DNA of 64,000 nucleotides from the human T2T-CHM13v2.0 reference genome, Homo sapiens. Below the pieces are notes generated by a model. The model ran no database searches. It saw nothing but the letters and a program-made list of their open reading frames with translations, and was not told the DNA's origin. The position numbers and the translations under genes are program-made. Location of the stretch: the NCBI RefSeq assembly GCF_009914755.1, contig NC_060940.1; one strand, given 5' to 3'. This document shows, in pieces, positions 15,201-30,456 of this stretch. Positions within the stretch are counted from its first letter, which is position 1. Every line of letters starts with the position of its first letter.

Positions 15201-18200
15201 TCTATTCTATTCGATGATGATTCCATTCGATTCCATTCGATGATGATTGGATTCGATTCCATTTGATGATATCATTTGATTCCATTCGTTAATGATTTCG
15301 ATCAATTCCATTCGATGATTCCATTCGATTCCATTCGATGATGATTGGATTTGATTCCATTTGATGATTTCATTTGATTCCATTCGTTAATGATTTCGAT
15401 CAGTTCCATTCGATGATTCCATTCGATTCCATTCGATAATGATTACATCCGTGTCCATTCAATGATTCCATTTGAGACTGTTCGATAATTCCATTTGAGT
15501 CCAACCAATGATTCCATTCATTTCCATTCAATGATTCCATTCGAGTCCATTTGATCATTCCGGTAGGGTCCATTCGATGTTCATTCCATTGGAGTGCATT
15601 CGATGATTCCATTCGAGTCCATTTTATGATTTGATTCGAGTCCTTTCGATGATTCCATTCGATTCCACTCGATGATGATTTCATTCGAGTCCATTCGACA
15701 CTTCCAATCGATTCCATTTGATGTTTCCATTCGAGTCCAATTGATGATTCCATTCAATTCCATTCGATGATGATTCCGTACGATTCCATTCTGTGATGAT
15801 TCCATGTGATTGCATTCAATGATGATTCCTTTAGATTGCATTCGATTGTGATTCATTTCGTCTTCATTCTATGGTTCCACAGGTTTCCATTCGTGTCCAT
15901 TCCATTATTCCATTCTATTCCATTTGATGATGATTCCATTCGATTCCATTCATTGGTGATTCCACTCAATTCCATTCAATGATTCCATTCCATTTCTTTC
16001 AACAATGATTCCATTAGTTTCTATTCGATGATCCACTTGATTCCACTTGACGACGATTCCATTCGTGTCCATTCGATGATTCCATTTGATTCCATATGAT
16101 GATGATTCCATTCGATTCCATACGATGATGATTCCATTCGAGTCCATTCAATGGTGATTCCATTCAATTCCATTCGATGATTCCTTTCGATTCCATTCGA
16201 TGATGATGGCATTCGATTCCTTTCAATCATTCCCTTTGATTGCATTCAAAGGTGATTTCACTCAAGTCCATTCGATAATTGCATTCGATTCCATTTTATG
16301 ATGATTCCATTCGAGTCCATTTGATGATTCCATTCAATTCAAGTCAATGATGATTCCATTCGATTCCATTCGATGATTCCATTGGATTCCATTCGATGAT
16401 GATTCCATTCAAATCCATTCGATAATTCAATCCAAGTCCATTCGATGATGATTAAAATCGAATCCATTCAAAGATTCCATTCAGTTCCATTCGATGATTC
16501 CCTTAGACTCCATTCGATGATTCCACTTGATTTCATTTACGATGATTCCATTCGATTCCATGTGATGATTCCATTCAATTCTATTCAATGCTGTTTCCAT
16601 TTCTTTCCATTCGACCATGATTGCCTTTGATTCCATTCAATGACTCCATTCGGTTCCTTTTGATGATGATTCCGTTCGATTCCATTTCATTATTCCATTT
16701 GATTCCATTGGATGAGTCCATTCGATTACATTCGATGATTATTCCATTCGAGTGCATTAGATGATTCCATTCGAGTCCATTCGATGATTCCATTCGATTC
16801 CATTCGATGTTGATTCTGTTCAAATCCATTCGATGATTCCACTCGATTCCATTCGATGACTCCAGTTGATCCCATTCGATGATTTCCTTTGATTCCCTTT
16901 GATGATCATTCCATTTGATTCAATTCGGTGATTTCATTTGATTCCATTCAGTGATGTTTCCATTCGACTCCATTCGATGATGATTCCATTCGACTCCATT
17001 CGATTATGATTTCATTCAATTCCATTCGATAATGATTCCCTTCGAGTCCATTCGATGATTCCATTCGATTCCATTCAACGATGATTTGATTCGTGTCCAT
17101 TCGATGATTCCATTTGATTCCACTTGATGATGATTCCATTCGAGTCCATTTGATGATTCCATTCAATTCCATTCTCCGATGATTTCTTTTGAGCCCATTC
17201 AATGCTTCCACTCGATTCCATATGATGATGACTCCATTCGATGAAATTCGATGATGATTCCATTCGCTTGCATTCGATGATGATTCCACTTGAGTCCATT
17301 AGAAGATTCTATTCAATTACATTCCATGACGATTCCGTTCGAGTCCATTTGATGATTCCATTAGACTCCATTCGACGATGATTCCATTCGATGTTATTCG
17401 ATGATTCCATTCGATCTCATTCGATGATGATTCCATTCAACTCCATTCGATGTTTCCATTCGAGTTCATTCTATTATTCCATTAGATTCCATTCGATGAT
17501 GATTCCATTCGATTCCATTTGATGATTGCATTCTATTTCATTTGATGATGATTCCATTCGAGTCCACTCGATGATTCCATTCGAGTCCATTTAATGAATC
17601 CATTGGTTTCAATTCTATGATGATTACATTGGATTCCATTCGTTGATGATTTCATTCGGTTCCATTCAATGATGATTCAATTCAATTCCTTTCAATGTTT
17701 CCATTCAATTCCATACGATGATTATTCCATTTGATTTGATTCGACAGTGAGCCATTCGATTCAATTCCATGATGATTCTATTTGATTCCATTGGTTGACA
17801 TTTCCATTCGATTCCATTCGATGATGATTCCCTTTGATTCCATTCAAAGATGATTCCATTCTAGCCCATTCAATCATTCCATTCGATTCTATTCAATGAT
17901 GATTCCATTCATGTCGATTTGGTGATTCCATTTGACTTCATTTGATGATGATTCCTTTCAAGTTCATTAGATGATTCCATTCGATTCCATTTGATGATGA
18001 TCCCATTCGAGTCCATTCAGTGATTCCACTCGTTTCCATTCCATGATGATTCCATTCCATTCCATGCAATGATTCCATTCGATTCCGTTTGATGATGATT
18101 TCATTCGAGTCCATTTGATGATTCCATTTGATTCCATTCGATGATGATTCCATTCGAGTCCATTCGATGATTCTATTCGAATCCATTTGATGATTTCTTT

Positions 18201-18284
18201 TGATTATAGTTGGTGATGATTCCATTGGAGTCCATTCAATGATTCCATTCGATTCCAATCGATGGTGATTCCATTAGAGTCCAT
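12225..18284 (+). repeat. 6,060-bp variant unit, copy 3 (150-bp deletion plus 98-bp duplication)
   Basis: ORF offset 12443 to 18503 = 6,060. Deletion junction at 14327-14348, tandem duplication at 15241-15436; 6112-150+98 = 6060. Confidence 0.95.
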
Positions 18285-21200
18285 TTAATGATTCCATTTG
18301 ATTCCAGTCTCTGATGATTACATTTGAGTCCATACGATGATTCCACTCAATTCCATATGATGATGATTCCATTCGATTCCATTCGATGATTCCATTCTAT
18401 TCTATTCAATGGTGATTCCATTCGAGTACATTAGATGATTCCATTCGATTCCATTCAATGATGATTCTATTTGTGTCCCTTAGATGATTCCACATGATTC
18501 CATTAGATGATGATACTATTTGAGCCCATCCAATGATTCCCTTCGATTCCATTCGATGAGGATTCCATTCGATTCAATTCATTGGTGATTCTATTCAATT
18601 CAATTCTTTGATTCCATTCCATTCCATTCGACAATGATTCCATTCGATTTCTTTCGATGATTCCACTCGATTCCACTTGACATTGATTCCCTTCGATTCC
18701 ATTCAATGATTCCATTTGATTCCAGTGGATGATGATTGCCATCGATTCCATTTGATCACTCCATTCTATTCCACTTGATGATGATTACATTCGATTCCAT
18801 TTGACGATTCCATCTGATTCTATTCGAGGATTCCATTTGATTCCATTCGATGATGATTCCATTCGAGTCCATTCGATGATATCATTCGAGTACATCCAAT
18901 GATTCCATTCGAGTCCATTTGATGATTCCATTTGATTCCATTTGATAATGATTCTACTAGAGTCCATTCAATGACTCCATTGGAGTCCATTCAACAATTC
19001 CATTCGACTCCATTTGATGATTCCATTGGATTCCATTTGATGATTCCATTCGAGTCCATTTAATCATTACAGTCGAGTCCATTTGGTGATTCCACCGGAT
19101 TTCTTTTGATAATGATACCATTCAATTACATTTGATGATGATCCCATTCAATTTCATTTGATGATGATTCCATTAGAGTCCATTCGATGATTTCATTCGA
19201 GTCCCTTCATTGATTCCATCCGATTTCATTGGATGATGACTCCATTCGAGTCCATTCGATGATTCCACTCGATTCCATTAGATGATTCCATTGGAGTCCA
19301 TTTGATTGTTCCATTCGATTCCATTCGATTCCTTTCGAAGATTATTCCATTTGAGTCCATTCGATGATGATTCCATTCCATTCCATTCGATGATTCCGTT
19401 TGATTCCATTCGATGATTCCCTTCGATTCCTTTCTTTGATGATTCCATTCCATTCCATTCAATGATTCCATTCGAATCTATTCCATGATGATTCCTTTCG
19501 ATTCCATTCGCTGATGTTTCCGTTCAATTCCATTCGATGATGATTCCATTCAATTCCATTCATTGAGGATTCCATTTGATTCCATTCAATGATGATTCCG
19601 TTCTATTCCATTCAATGATTGCATTCAATTCCATTCAGTGATTATCCCCTTAGAGTAAACTCAACGATTCCATTCAATACCATTCGATGATGATTCCTTT
19701 TGAGTCCATTCAATGATTTCATTCAAGTCCATTTGATGATTCCTTTCAATTCCATTCTATGATGATTCCTTTCGAGTCCATTCGATGATTCCATTCGATT
19801 GCATTCGATGATTCCATTATATTCCAGTCAACAATGAATCCATTCGAGTCCATTCGATGATTCCATTAGAGTACATTTAATGATTGCTTTGTTTTCAATT
19901 CGAAGATGATTACATTGGATTCCATTCTATGATACCATTCGATTCCATTCAATGATGATTCCACTCAAATCCATTGGATGATTCCATTCGTGTCCATTCG
20001 GTGATTTCCTTAGATTCCATTCGAGGATGATTCCATTCGATTCCATTCGATGATTCCATTCAATTCCATTCGAGGATGATTCCATTCCAGTCCATATGAT
20101 CATTCCATTTGATTTCATTCGATGATGATTCCATTCGATTCCATTCGATGATTCCATTCTATTCCATTCGATGATGATTCCATTCGAGTCCATTCGATGA
20201 TTCCATTCGAGTCCATTTAATGATTCCATTGGGTTCAATTCATTGATGATTACATTGGATTCCGTTCTATGATTCCATTCAATTCCGTTCATTGACAATT
20301 TGATTCCATTCGATGATGATTCCATTTGAGTTCATTCGATGATTCTATTCGATTCTCTTCGATGGTGATTCAATTCTATTATATTGGATGATTCCATTCG
20401 ATTCCATTTGATGTTGATTCAATTCGATTCTATTCGATGATGATTCCATTGGATTTCACTTGATGATTCTATTCGATTCCATTCAATGATGATTCACTTC
20501 TCGTCCATTGGATGATTCCATTTCATTCCATTCGATGATGATTCCATTCGATTCCATTCGATGATTCCATTTGATTCCATGCGTCGGTGAGCAATTCGAT
20601 TCAATTCCATGATGATTCTATTTGATTCAATTAGATGATGTTTCCATTCGAATCCATTCCATGATTATTCCATTGGAATCCATTCGGCGATGATTCCATA
20701 TGAGTCAATTCAATGATGATTCCATATGGGTCCGTTCGATGATAATTCCATTTGATTTCATTCGGTGCTTCTATTCAATTCCAGTCGATGATGATTCCGT
20801 TGGAGTCCATACGATGATTCCATTTGATTTCATTTGATGATGATTCCATTCGATGATGATTACATTGGATTCCATTCTATGATTCCATTCAATTCCATTC
20901 GTTGATGATTCGATTCCATTCAATGATGATTCCATTTGAGTTCATTCGATGATTCTATTCGATTCCGTTCGATGGTGATTCAATTCTCTTATATTGGATG
21001 AATCCACTCGATTCCATTTGATGATTATTCCATTGGAGTCCACTTAGTGAATCCTTCAGATTCTACTCGAAGATGATTCCATTCAAGTCCATTCGATGAT
21101 ACCATTCAATTCCATTCGTTGATGCTTCCATTCAAGTGCATTCGATGATATCATTCGATTCCATTTGATGATAATTCCATTTGATTCCGTGCGATGATTC

Positions 21201-24200
21201 TATTCGATTCCATTCAATGATAATTCCATTCAGTTCAGTGATTCCTCTGGACTCCATTTGATGATGATTCCATTCAATGATTCCATTCGATTCTATTCGA
21301 AAGTGATTCCATTTGAATCCATTTGATGATGATTCCATTAGATTCCATTTGATGATTCCATTCGATTCCATGCGACGATGATTCCATTCGATTCCATGTG
21401 ATGATTCCATTCTATTCTATTCGATGATGATTCCATTCGATTCCATTCGATGATGATTGGATTCGATTCCATTTGATGATATCATTTGATTCCATTCGTT
21501 AATGATTTCGATCAATTCCATTCGATGATTCCATTCGATTCCATTCGATAATGATTACATCCGTGTCCATTCAGTGATTCCATTTGAGCCTGTTCGATAA
21601 TTCCATTTGAGTCCAACCAATGATTCCATTCATTTCCATTCAATGATTCCATTCGAGTCCATTTGATCATTCCGGTAGGGTCCATTCGATGTTGATTCCA
21701 TTGGAGTGCATTCGATGATTCCATTCGAGTCCATTTTACGATTTGATTCGAGTCCTTTCGATGATTCCATTCGATTCCACTCGATGATGATTTCATTCGA
21801 GTCCATTCGACACTTCCAATCGATTCCATTTGATGTTTCCATTCGATTCCAATTGATGATTCCATTCAATTCCATTCGATGATGATTCCGTAGGATTCCA
21901 TTCTGTGATGATTCCATGTGATTGCATTCAATGATGATTCCTTTAGATTGCATTCGATTGTGATTCATTTCGTCTTCATTCTATGGTTCCACAGGTTTCC
22001 ATTCGTGTCCATTCCATTATTCCATTCTATTCCATTTGATGATGATTCCATTCGATTCCATTCATTGGTGATTCCACTCAATTCCATTCAATGATTCCAT
22101 TCCATTTCTTTCAACAATGATTCCATTAGTTTCTAATCGATGATCCACTTGATTCCATTTGACGACGATTCCATTCTTGTCCATTCGATGATTCCATTTG
22201 ATTCCATATGATGATGATTCCATTCGATTCCATACGATGATGATTCCATTCGAGTCCATTCAATGGTGATTCCATTCAATTCCATTCGATGATTCCTTTC
22301 GATTCCATTCGATGATGATGGCATTCGATTCCTTTCAATCATTCCCTTTGATTCCATTCAAAGGTGATTTCATTCAAGTCCATTCGATAATTGCATTCGA
22401 TTCCATTCTATGATGATTCCATTCGAGTCCATTTGATGATTCCATTCAATTCAAGTCAATGATGATTCCATTCGATTCCATTCGATGATTCCATTGGATT
22501 CCATTCGATGATGATTCCATTCAAATCCATTCGATAATTCAATTCAAGTCCATTCGATGATGATTAAAATCGAATCCATTCAAAGATTCCATTCAGTTCC
22601 ATTCGATGATTCCCTTAGATTCCATTCGATGATTCCACTTGATTTCATTTACGATGATTCCATTCGATTCCATGTGATGATTCCATTCAATTCTATTCAA
22701 TGCTGTTTCCATTTGATTCCATTCGACCATGATTGCCTTTGATTCCATTCAATGACTCCATTCGGTTCCTTTTGATGATGATTCCGTTCGATTCCATTTC
22801 ATTATTCCATTTGATTCCATTGGATGAGTCCATTCGATTACATTCGATGATTATTCCATTCGAGTGCATTAGATGATTCCATTCGAGTCCATTCGATGAT
22901 TCCATTCGATTCCATTCGATGTTGATTCTGTTCAAATCCATTCGATGATTCCACTCGATTCCATTCGATGACTCCAGTTGATCCCATTCGATGATTTCCT
23001 TTGATTCCCTTTGATGATCATTCCATTTGATTCAATTCGGTGATTTCATTTGATTCCATTCAGTGATGTTTCCATTCGACTCCATTCGATGATGATTCCA
23101 TTCGACTCCATTCGATTATGATTTCATTCAATTCCATTCGATAATGATTCCCTTCGAGTCCATTCGATGATTCCATTCGATTCCATTCAACGATGATTTG
23201 ATTCGTGTCCATTCGATGATTCCATTTGATTCCACTTGATGATGATTCCATTCGAGTCCATTTGATGATTCCATTCAATTCCATTCTCCGATGATTTCTT
23301 TTGAGCCCACTCAATGCTTCCACTCGATTCCATATGATGATGACTCCATTCGATGAAATTCGATGATGATTCCATTCGCTTGCATTCGATGATGATTCCA
23401 CTTGAGTCCATTAGAAGATTCTATTCAATTACATTCCATGACGATTCCGTTCGAGTCCATTTGATGATTCCATTAGACTCCATTCGACGATGATTCCATT
23501 CGATGTTATTCGATGATTCCATTCGATCTCATTCGATGATGATTCCATTCAACTCCATTCGATGTTTCCATTCGAGTTCATTCTATTATTCCATTAGATT
23601 CCATTCGATGATGATTCCATTCGATTCCATTTGATGATTGCATTCTATTTCATTTGATGATGATTCCATTCGAGTCCACTCGATGATTCCATTCGAGTCC
23701 ATTTAATGAATCCATTGGTTTCAATTCTATGATGATTACATTGGATTCCATTCGTTGATGATTTCATTCGGTTCCATTCAATGATGATTCCATTCAATTC
23801 CTTTCAATGTTTCCATTCAATTCCATACGATGATGATTCCATTTGATTTGATTCGACAGTGAGCCATTCGATTCAATTCCATGATGATTCTATTTGATTC
23901 CATTGGTTGACATTTCCATTCGATTCCATTCGATGATGATTCCCTTTGATTCCATTCAAAGATGATTCCATTCTAGCCCATTCAATCATTCCATTCGATT
24001 CTATTCAATGATGATTCCATTCATGTCGATTTGGTGATTCCATTTGACTTCATTTGATGATGATTCCTTTCAAGTTCATTAGATGATTCCATTCGATTCC
24101 ATTTGATGATGATCCCATTCGAGTCCATTCAGTGATTCCACTCGTTTCCATTCCATGATGATTCCATTCCATTCCATTCAATGATTCCATTCGATTCCGT

Positions 24201-24396
24201 TTGATGATGATTTCATTCGAGTCCATTTGATGATTCCATTTGATTCCATTCGATGATGATTCCATTCGAGTCCATTCGATGATTCTATTCGAATCCATTT
24301 GATGATTTCTTTTGATTATATTTGGTGATGATTCCATTGGAGTCCATTCAATGATTCCATTCGATTCCAATCGATGGTGATTCCATTAGAGTCCAT
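18285..24396 (+). repeat. 6,112-bp higher-order unit, copy 4
   Basis: ORF offset 18503 to 24615 = 6,112. Confidence 0.95.
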
Positions 24397-27300
24397 TTAA
24401 TGATTCCATTTGATTCCAGTCTCTGATGATTACATTCGAGTCCATACGATGATTCCACTCAATTCCATATCATGATGATTCCATTCGATTCCATTCGATG
24501 ATTCCATTCTATTCTATTCAATGGTGATTCCATTCGAGTACATTAGATGATTCCATTCGATTCCATTCAATGATGATTCTATTTGTGTCCCTTAGATGAT
24601 TCCACATGATTCCATTAGATGATGATACTATTTGAGCCCATCCAATGATTCCCTTCGATTCCATTCGATGAGGATTTCATTCGATTCAATTCATTGGTGA
24701 TTCTATTCAATTCAATTCTTTGATTCCATTCCATTCCATTCGACAATGATTCCATTCGATTTCTTTCGATGATTCCACTCGATTCCACTTGACATTGATT
24801 CCCTTCGATTCCATTCAATGATTCCATTTGATTCCAGTGGATGATGATTGCCATCGATTCCATTTGATCACTCCATTCTATTCCACTTGATGATGATTAC
24901 ATTCGATTCCATTTGACGATTCCATCTGATTCTATTCGAGGATTCCATTTGATTCCATTCGATGATGATTCCATTCGAGTCCATTCGATGATATCATTCG
25001 AATACATCCAATGATTCCATTCGAGTCCATTTGATGATTCCATTTGATTCCATTTGATAATGATTCTACTAGAGTCCATTCAATGACTCCATTGGAGTCC
25101 ATTCAACAATTCCATTCGACTCCATTTGATGATTCCATTGGATTCCATTTGATGATTCCATTCGAGTCCATTTAATCATTACAATCGAGTCCATTTGGTG
25201 ATTCCACCGGCTTTCTTTTGATAATGATACCATTCAATTACATTTGATGATGATCCCATTCAATTTCATTTGATGATGATTCCATTAGAGTCCATTCGAT
25301 GATTTCATTCGAGTCCCTTCATTGATTCCATCCGATTTCATTGGATGATGACTCCATTCGAGTCCATTCGATGATTCCACTCGATTCCATTAGATGATTC
25401 CATTGGAGTCCATTTCATTGTTCCATTCGATTCCATTCGATTCCTTTCGAAGATTATTCCATTTGAGTCCATTCGATGATGATTCCATTCCATTCCATTC
25501 GATGATTCCGTTTGATTCCATTCGATGATTCCCTTCGATTCCTTTCTTTGATGATTCCGTTCCATTCCATTCAATGATTCCATTCGAATCTATTCCATGA
25601 TGATTCCTTTCGATTCCATTCGCTGATGTTTCCGTTCAATTCCATTCGATGATGATTCCATTCGATTCCATTCATTGAGGATTCCATTTGATTCCATTCA
25701 ATGATGATTCCGTTCTATTCCATTCAATGATTGCATTCAATTCCATTCAGTGATTATCCCCTTAGAGTAAACTCAACGATTCCATTCAATACCATTCGAT
25801 GATGATTCCTTTTGAGTCCATTCAATGATTTCATTCTAGTCCATTTGATGATTCCTTTCAATTCCATTCTATGATGATTCCATTCGAGTCCATTCGATGA
25901 TTCCATTCGATTGCATTCGATGATTCCATTATATTCCAGTCAACGATGAATCCATTCGAGTCCATTCGATGATTCCATTAGAGTACATTTAATGATTGCT
26001 TTGTTTTCAATTCGAAGATGATTACATTGGATTCCATTCTATGATACCATTCGATTCCATTCAATGATGATTCCACTCAAATCCATTGGATGATTCCATT
26101 CGTGTCCATTCGGTGATTTCCTTAGATTCCATTCGAGGATGATTCCATTCGATTCCATTCGATGATTCCATTCTATTCCATTCGAGGATGATTCCATTCC
26201 AGTCCATATGATCATTCCATTTGATTTCATTCGATGATGATTCCATTCGATTCCATTCGATGATTCCATTCTATTCCATTCGATGATGATTCCATTCGAG
26301 TCCATTCGATGATTCCATTCGAGTCCATTTAATGATTCCATTGGGTTCAATTCAATGATGATTACATTGGATTCCGTTCTATGATTCCATTCAATTCCGT
26401 TCATTGACAATTTGATTCCATTCGATGATGATTCCATTTGAGTTCATTCGATGATTCTATTCGATTCTCTTCGATGGTGATTCAATTCTATTATATTGGA
26501 TGATTCCATTCGATTCCATTCGATGATTCCATTTGATTCCATGCGTCGGTGAGCAATTCGATTCAATTCCATGATGATTCTATTTGATTCAATTAGATGA
26601 TGTTTCCATTCGAATCCATTCCATGATTATTCCATTGGAATCCATTCGGCGATGATTCCATATGAGTCAATTCAATGATGATTCCATATGGGTCCGTTCG
26701 ATGATAATTCCATTTGATTTCATTCGGTGCTTCTATTCAATTCCAGTCGATGATGATTCCGTTGGGGTCCATACGATGATTCCATTTGATTTCATTTGAT
26801 GATGATTCCATTCGATGATGATTATATTGGATTCCATTCTATGATTCCATTCAATTCCATTCGTTGATGATTCGATTCCATTCAATGATGATTCCATTTG
26901 AGTTCATTCGATGATTCTATTCGATTCCGTTCGATGGTGATTCAATTCTCTTATATTGGATGAATCCACTCGATTCCATTTGATGATTATTCCATTGGAG
27001 TCCACTTAGTGAATCCTTCAGATTCTACTCGAAGATGATTCCATTCAAGTCCATTCGATGATACCATTCAATTCCATTCGTTGATGCTTCCATTCAAGTG
27101 CATTCGATGATATCATTCGATTCCATTTGATGATAATTCCATTTGATTCCATGCGATGATTCTATTCGATTCCATTCAATGATAATTCCATTCAGTTCAG
27201 TGATTCCTCTGGACTCCATTTGATGATGATTCCATTCAATGATTCCATTCGATTCTATTCGAAAGTGATTCCATTTGAATCCATTTGATGATGATTCCAT

Positions 27301-30300
27301 TAGATTCCATTTGATGATTCCATTCGATTCCATGCGACGATGGTTCCATTCGATTCCATGTGATGATTCCATTCTATTCTATTCGATGATGATTCCATTC
27401 GATTCCATTCGATGATGATTGGATTCGATTCCATTTGATGATATCATTTGATTCCATTCGTTAATGATTTCGATCAATTCCATTCGATGATTCCATTCGA
27501 TTCCATTCGATGATGATTGGATTTGATTCCATTTGATGATTTCATTTGATTCCATTCGTTAATGATTTCGATCAGTTCCATTCGATGATTCCATTCGATT
27601 CCATTCGATAATGATTACATCCGTGTCCATTCAATGATTCCATTTGAGACTGTTCGATAATTCCATTTGAGTCCAACCAATGATTCCATTCATTTCCATT
27701 CAATGATTCCATTCGAGTCCATTTGATCATTCCGGTAGGGTCCATTCGATGTTCATTCCATTGGAGTGCATTCGATGATTCCATTCGAGTCCATTTTATG
27801 ATTTGATTCGAGTCCTTTCGATGATTCCATTCGATTCCACTCGATGATGATTTCATTCGAGTCCATTCGACACTTCCAATCGATTCCATTTGATGTTTCC
27901 ATTCGAGTCCAATTGATGATTCCATTCAATTCCATTCGATGATGATTCCGTACGATTCCATTCTGTGATGATTCCATGTGATTGCATTCAATGATGATTC
28001 CTTTAGATTGCATTCGATTGTGATTCATTTCGTCTTCATTCTATGGTTCCACAGGTTTCCATTCGTGTCCATTCCATTATTCCATTCTATTCCATTTGAT
28101 GATGATTCCATTCGATTCCATTCATTGGTGATTCCACTCAATTCCATTCAATGATTCCATTCCATTTCTTTCAACAATGATTCCATTAGTTTCTATTCGA
28201 TGATCCACTTGATTCCACTTGACGACGATTCCATTCGTGTCCATTCGATGATTCCATTTGATTCCATATGATGATGATTCCATTCGATTCCATACGATGA
28301 TGATTCCATTCGAGTCCATTCAATGGTGATTCCATTCAATTCCATTCGATGATTCCTTTCGATTCCATTCGATGATGATGGCATTCGATTCCTTTCAATC
28401 ATTCCCTTTGATTGCATTCAAAGGTGATTTCACTCAAGTCCATTCGATAATTGCATTCGATTCCATTTTATGATGATTCCATTCGAGTCCATTTGATGAT
28501 TCCATTCAATTCAAGTCAATGATGATTCCATTCGATTCCATTCGATGATTCCATTGGATTCCATTCGATGATGATTCCATTCAAATCCATTCGATAATTC
28601 AATCCAAGTCCATTCGATGATGATTAAAATCGAATCCATTCAAAGATTCCATTCAGTTCCATTCGATGATTCCCTTAGACTCCATTCGATGATTCCACTT
28701 GATTTCATTTACGATGATTCCATTCGATTCCATGTGATGATTCCATTCAATTCTATTCAATGCTGTTTCCATTTCTTTCCATTCGACCATGATTGCCTTT
28801 GATTCCATTCAATGACTCCATTCGGTTCCTTTTGATGATGATTCCGTTCGATTCCATTTCATTATTCCATTTGATTCCATTGGATGAGTCCATTCGATTA
28901 CATTCGATGATTATTCCATTCGAGTGCATTAGATGATTCCATTCGAGTCCATTCGATGATTCCATTCGATTCCATTCGATGTTGATTCTGTTCAAATCCA
29001 TTCGATGATTCCACTCGATTCCATTCGATGACTCCAGTTGATCCCATTCGATGATTTCCTTTGATTCCCTTTGATGATCATTCCATTTGATTCAATTCGG
29101 TGATTTCATTTGATTCCATTCAGTGATGTTTCCATTCGACTCCATTCGATGATGATTCCATTCGACTCCATTCGATTATGATTTCATTCAATTCCATTCG
29201 ATAATGATTCCCTTCGAGTCCATTCGATGATTCCATTCGATTCCATTCAACGATGATTTGATTCGTGTCCATTCGATGATTCCATTTGATTCCACTTGAT
29301 GATGATTCCATTCGAGTCCATTTGATGATTCCATTCAATTCCATTCTCCGATGATTTCTTTTGAGCCCATTCAATGCTTCCACTCGATTCCATATGATGA
29401 TGACTCCATTCGATGAAATTCGATGATGATTCCATTCGCTTGCATTCGATGATGATTCCACTTGAGTCCATTAGAAGATTCTATTCAATTACATTCCATG
29501 ACGATTCCGTTCGAGTCCATTTGATGATTCCATTAGACTCCATTCGACGATGATTCCATTCGATGTTATTCGATGATTCCATTCGATCTCATTCGATGAT
29601 GATTCCATTCAACTCCATTCGATGTTTCCATTCGAGTTCATTCTATTATTCCATTAGATTCCATTCGATGATGATTCCATTCGATTCCATTTGATGATTG
29701 CATTCTATTTCATTTGATGATGATTCCATTCGAGTCCACTCGATGATTCCATTCGAGTCCATTTAATGAATCCATTGGTTTCAATTCTATGATGATTACA
29801 TTGGATTCCATTCGTTGATGATTTCATTCGGTTCCATTCAATGATGATTCAATTCAATTCCTTTCAATGTTTCCATTCAATTCCATACGATGATTATTCC
29901 ATTTGATTTGATTCGACAGTGAGCCATTCGATTCAATTCCATGATGATTCTATTTGATTCCATTGGTTGACATTTCCATTCGATTCCATTCGATGATGAT
30001 TCCCTTTGATTCCATTCAAAGATGATTCCATTCTAGCCCATTCAATCATTCCATTCGATTCTATTCAATGATGATTCCATTCATGTCGATTTGGTGATTC
30101 CATTTGACTTCATTTGATGATGATTCCTTTCAAGTTCATTAGATGATTCCATTCGATTCCATTTGATGATGATCCCATTCGAGTCCATTCAGTGATTCCA
30201 CTCGTTTCCATTCCATGATGATTCCATTCCATTCCATGCAATGATTCCATTCGATTCCGTTTGATGATGATTTCATTCGAGTCCATTTGATGATTCCATT

Positions 30301-30456
30301 TGATTCCATTCGATGATGATTCCATTCGAGTCCATTCGATGATTCTATTCGAATCCATTTGATGATTTCTTTTGATTATAGTTGGTGATGATTCCATTGG
30401 AGTCCATTCAATGATTCCATTCGATTCCAATCGATGGTGATTCCATTAGAGTCCAT
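24397..30456 (+). repeat. 6,060-bp variant unit, copy 5 (same two indels as copy 3)
   Basis: ORF offset 24615 to 30675 = 6,060. Deletion junction at 26499-26520, duplication at 27413-27608. Translated ORFs match those of copy 3 at +12,172. Confidence 0.95.
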
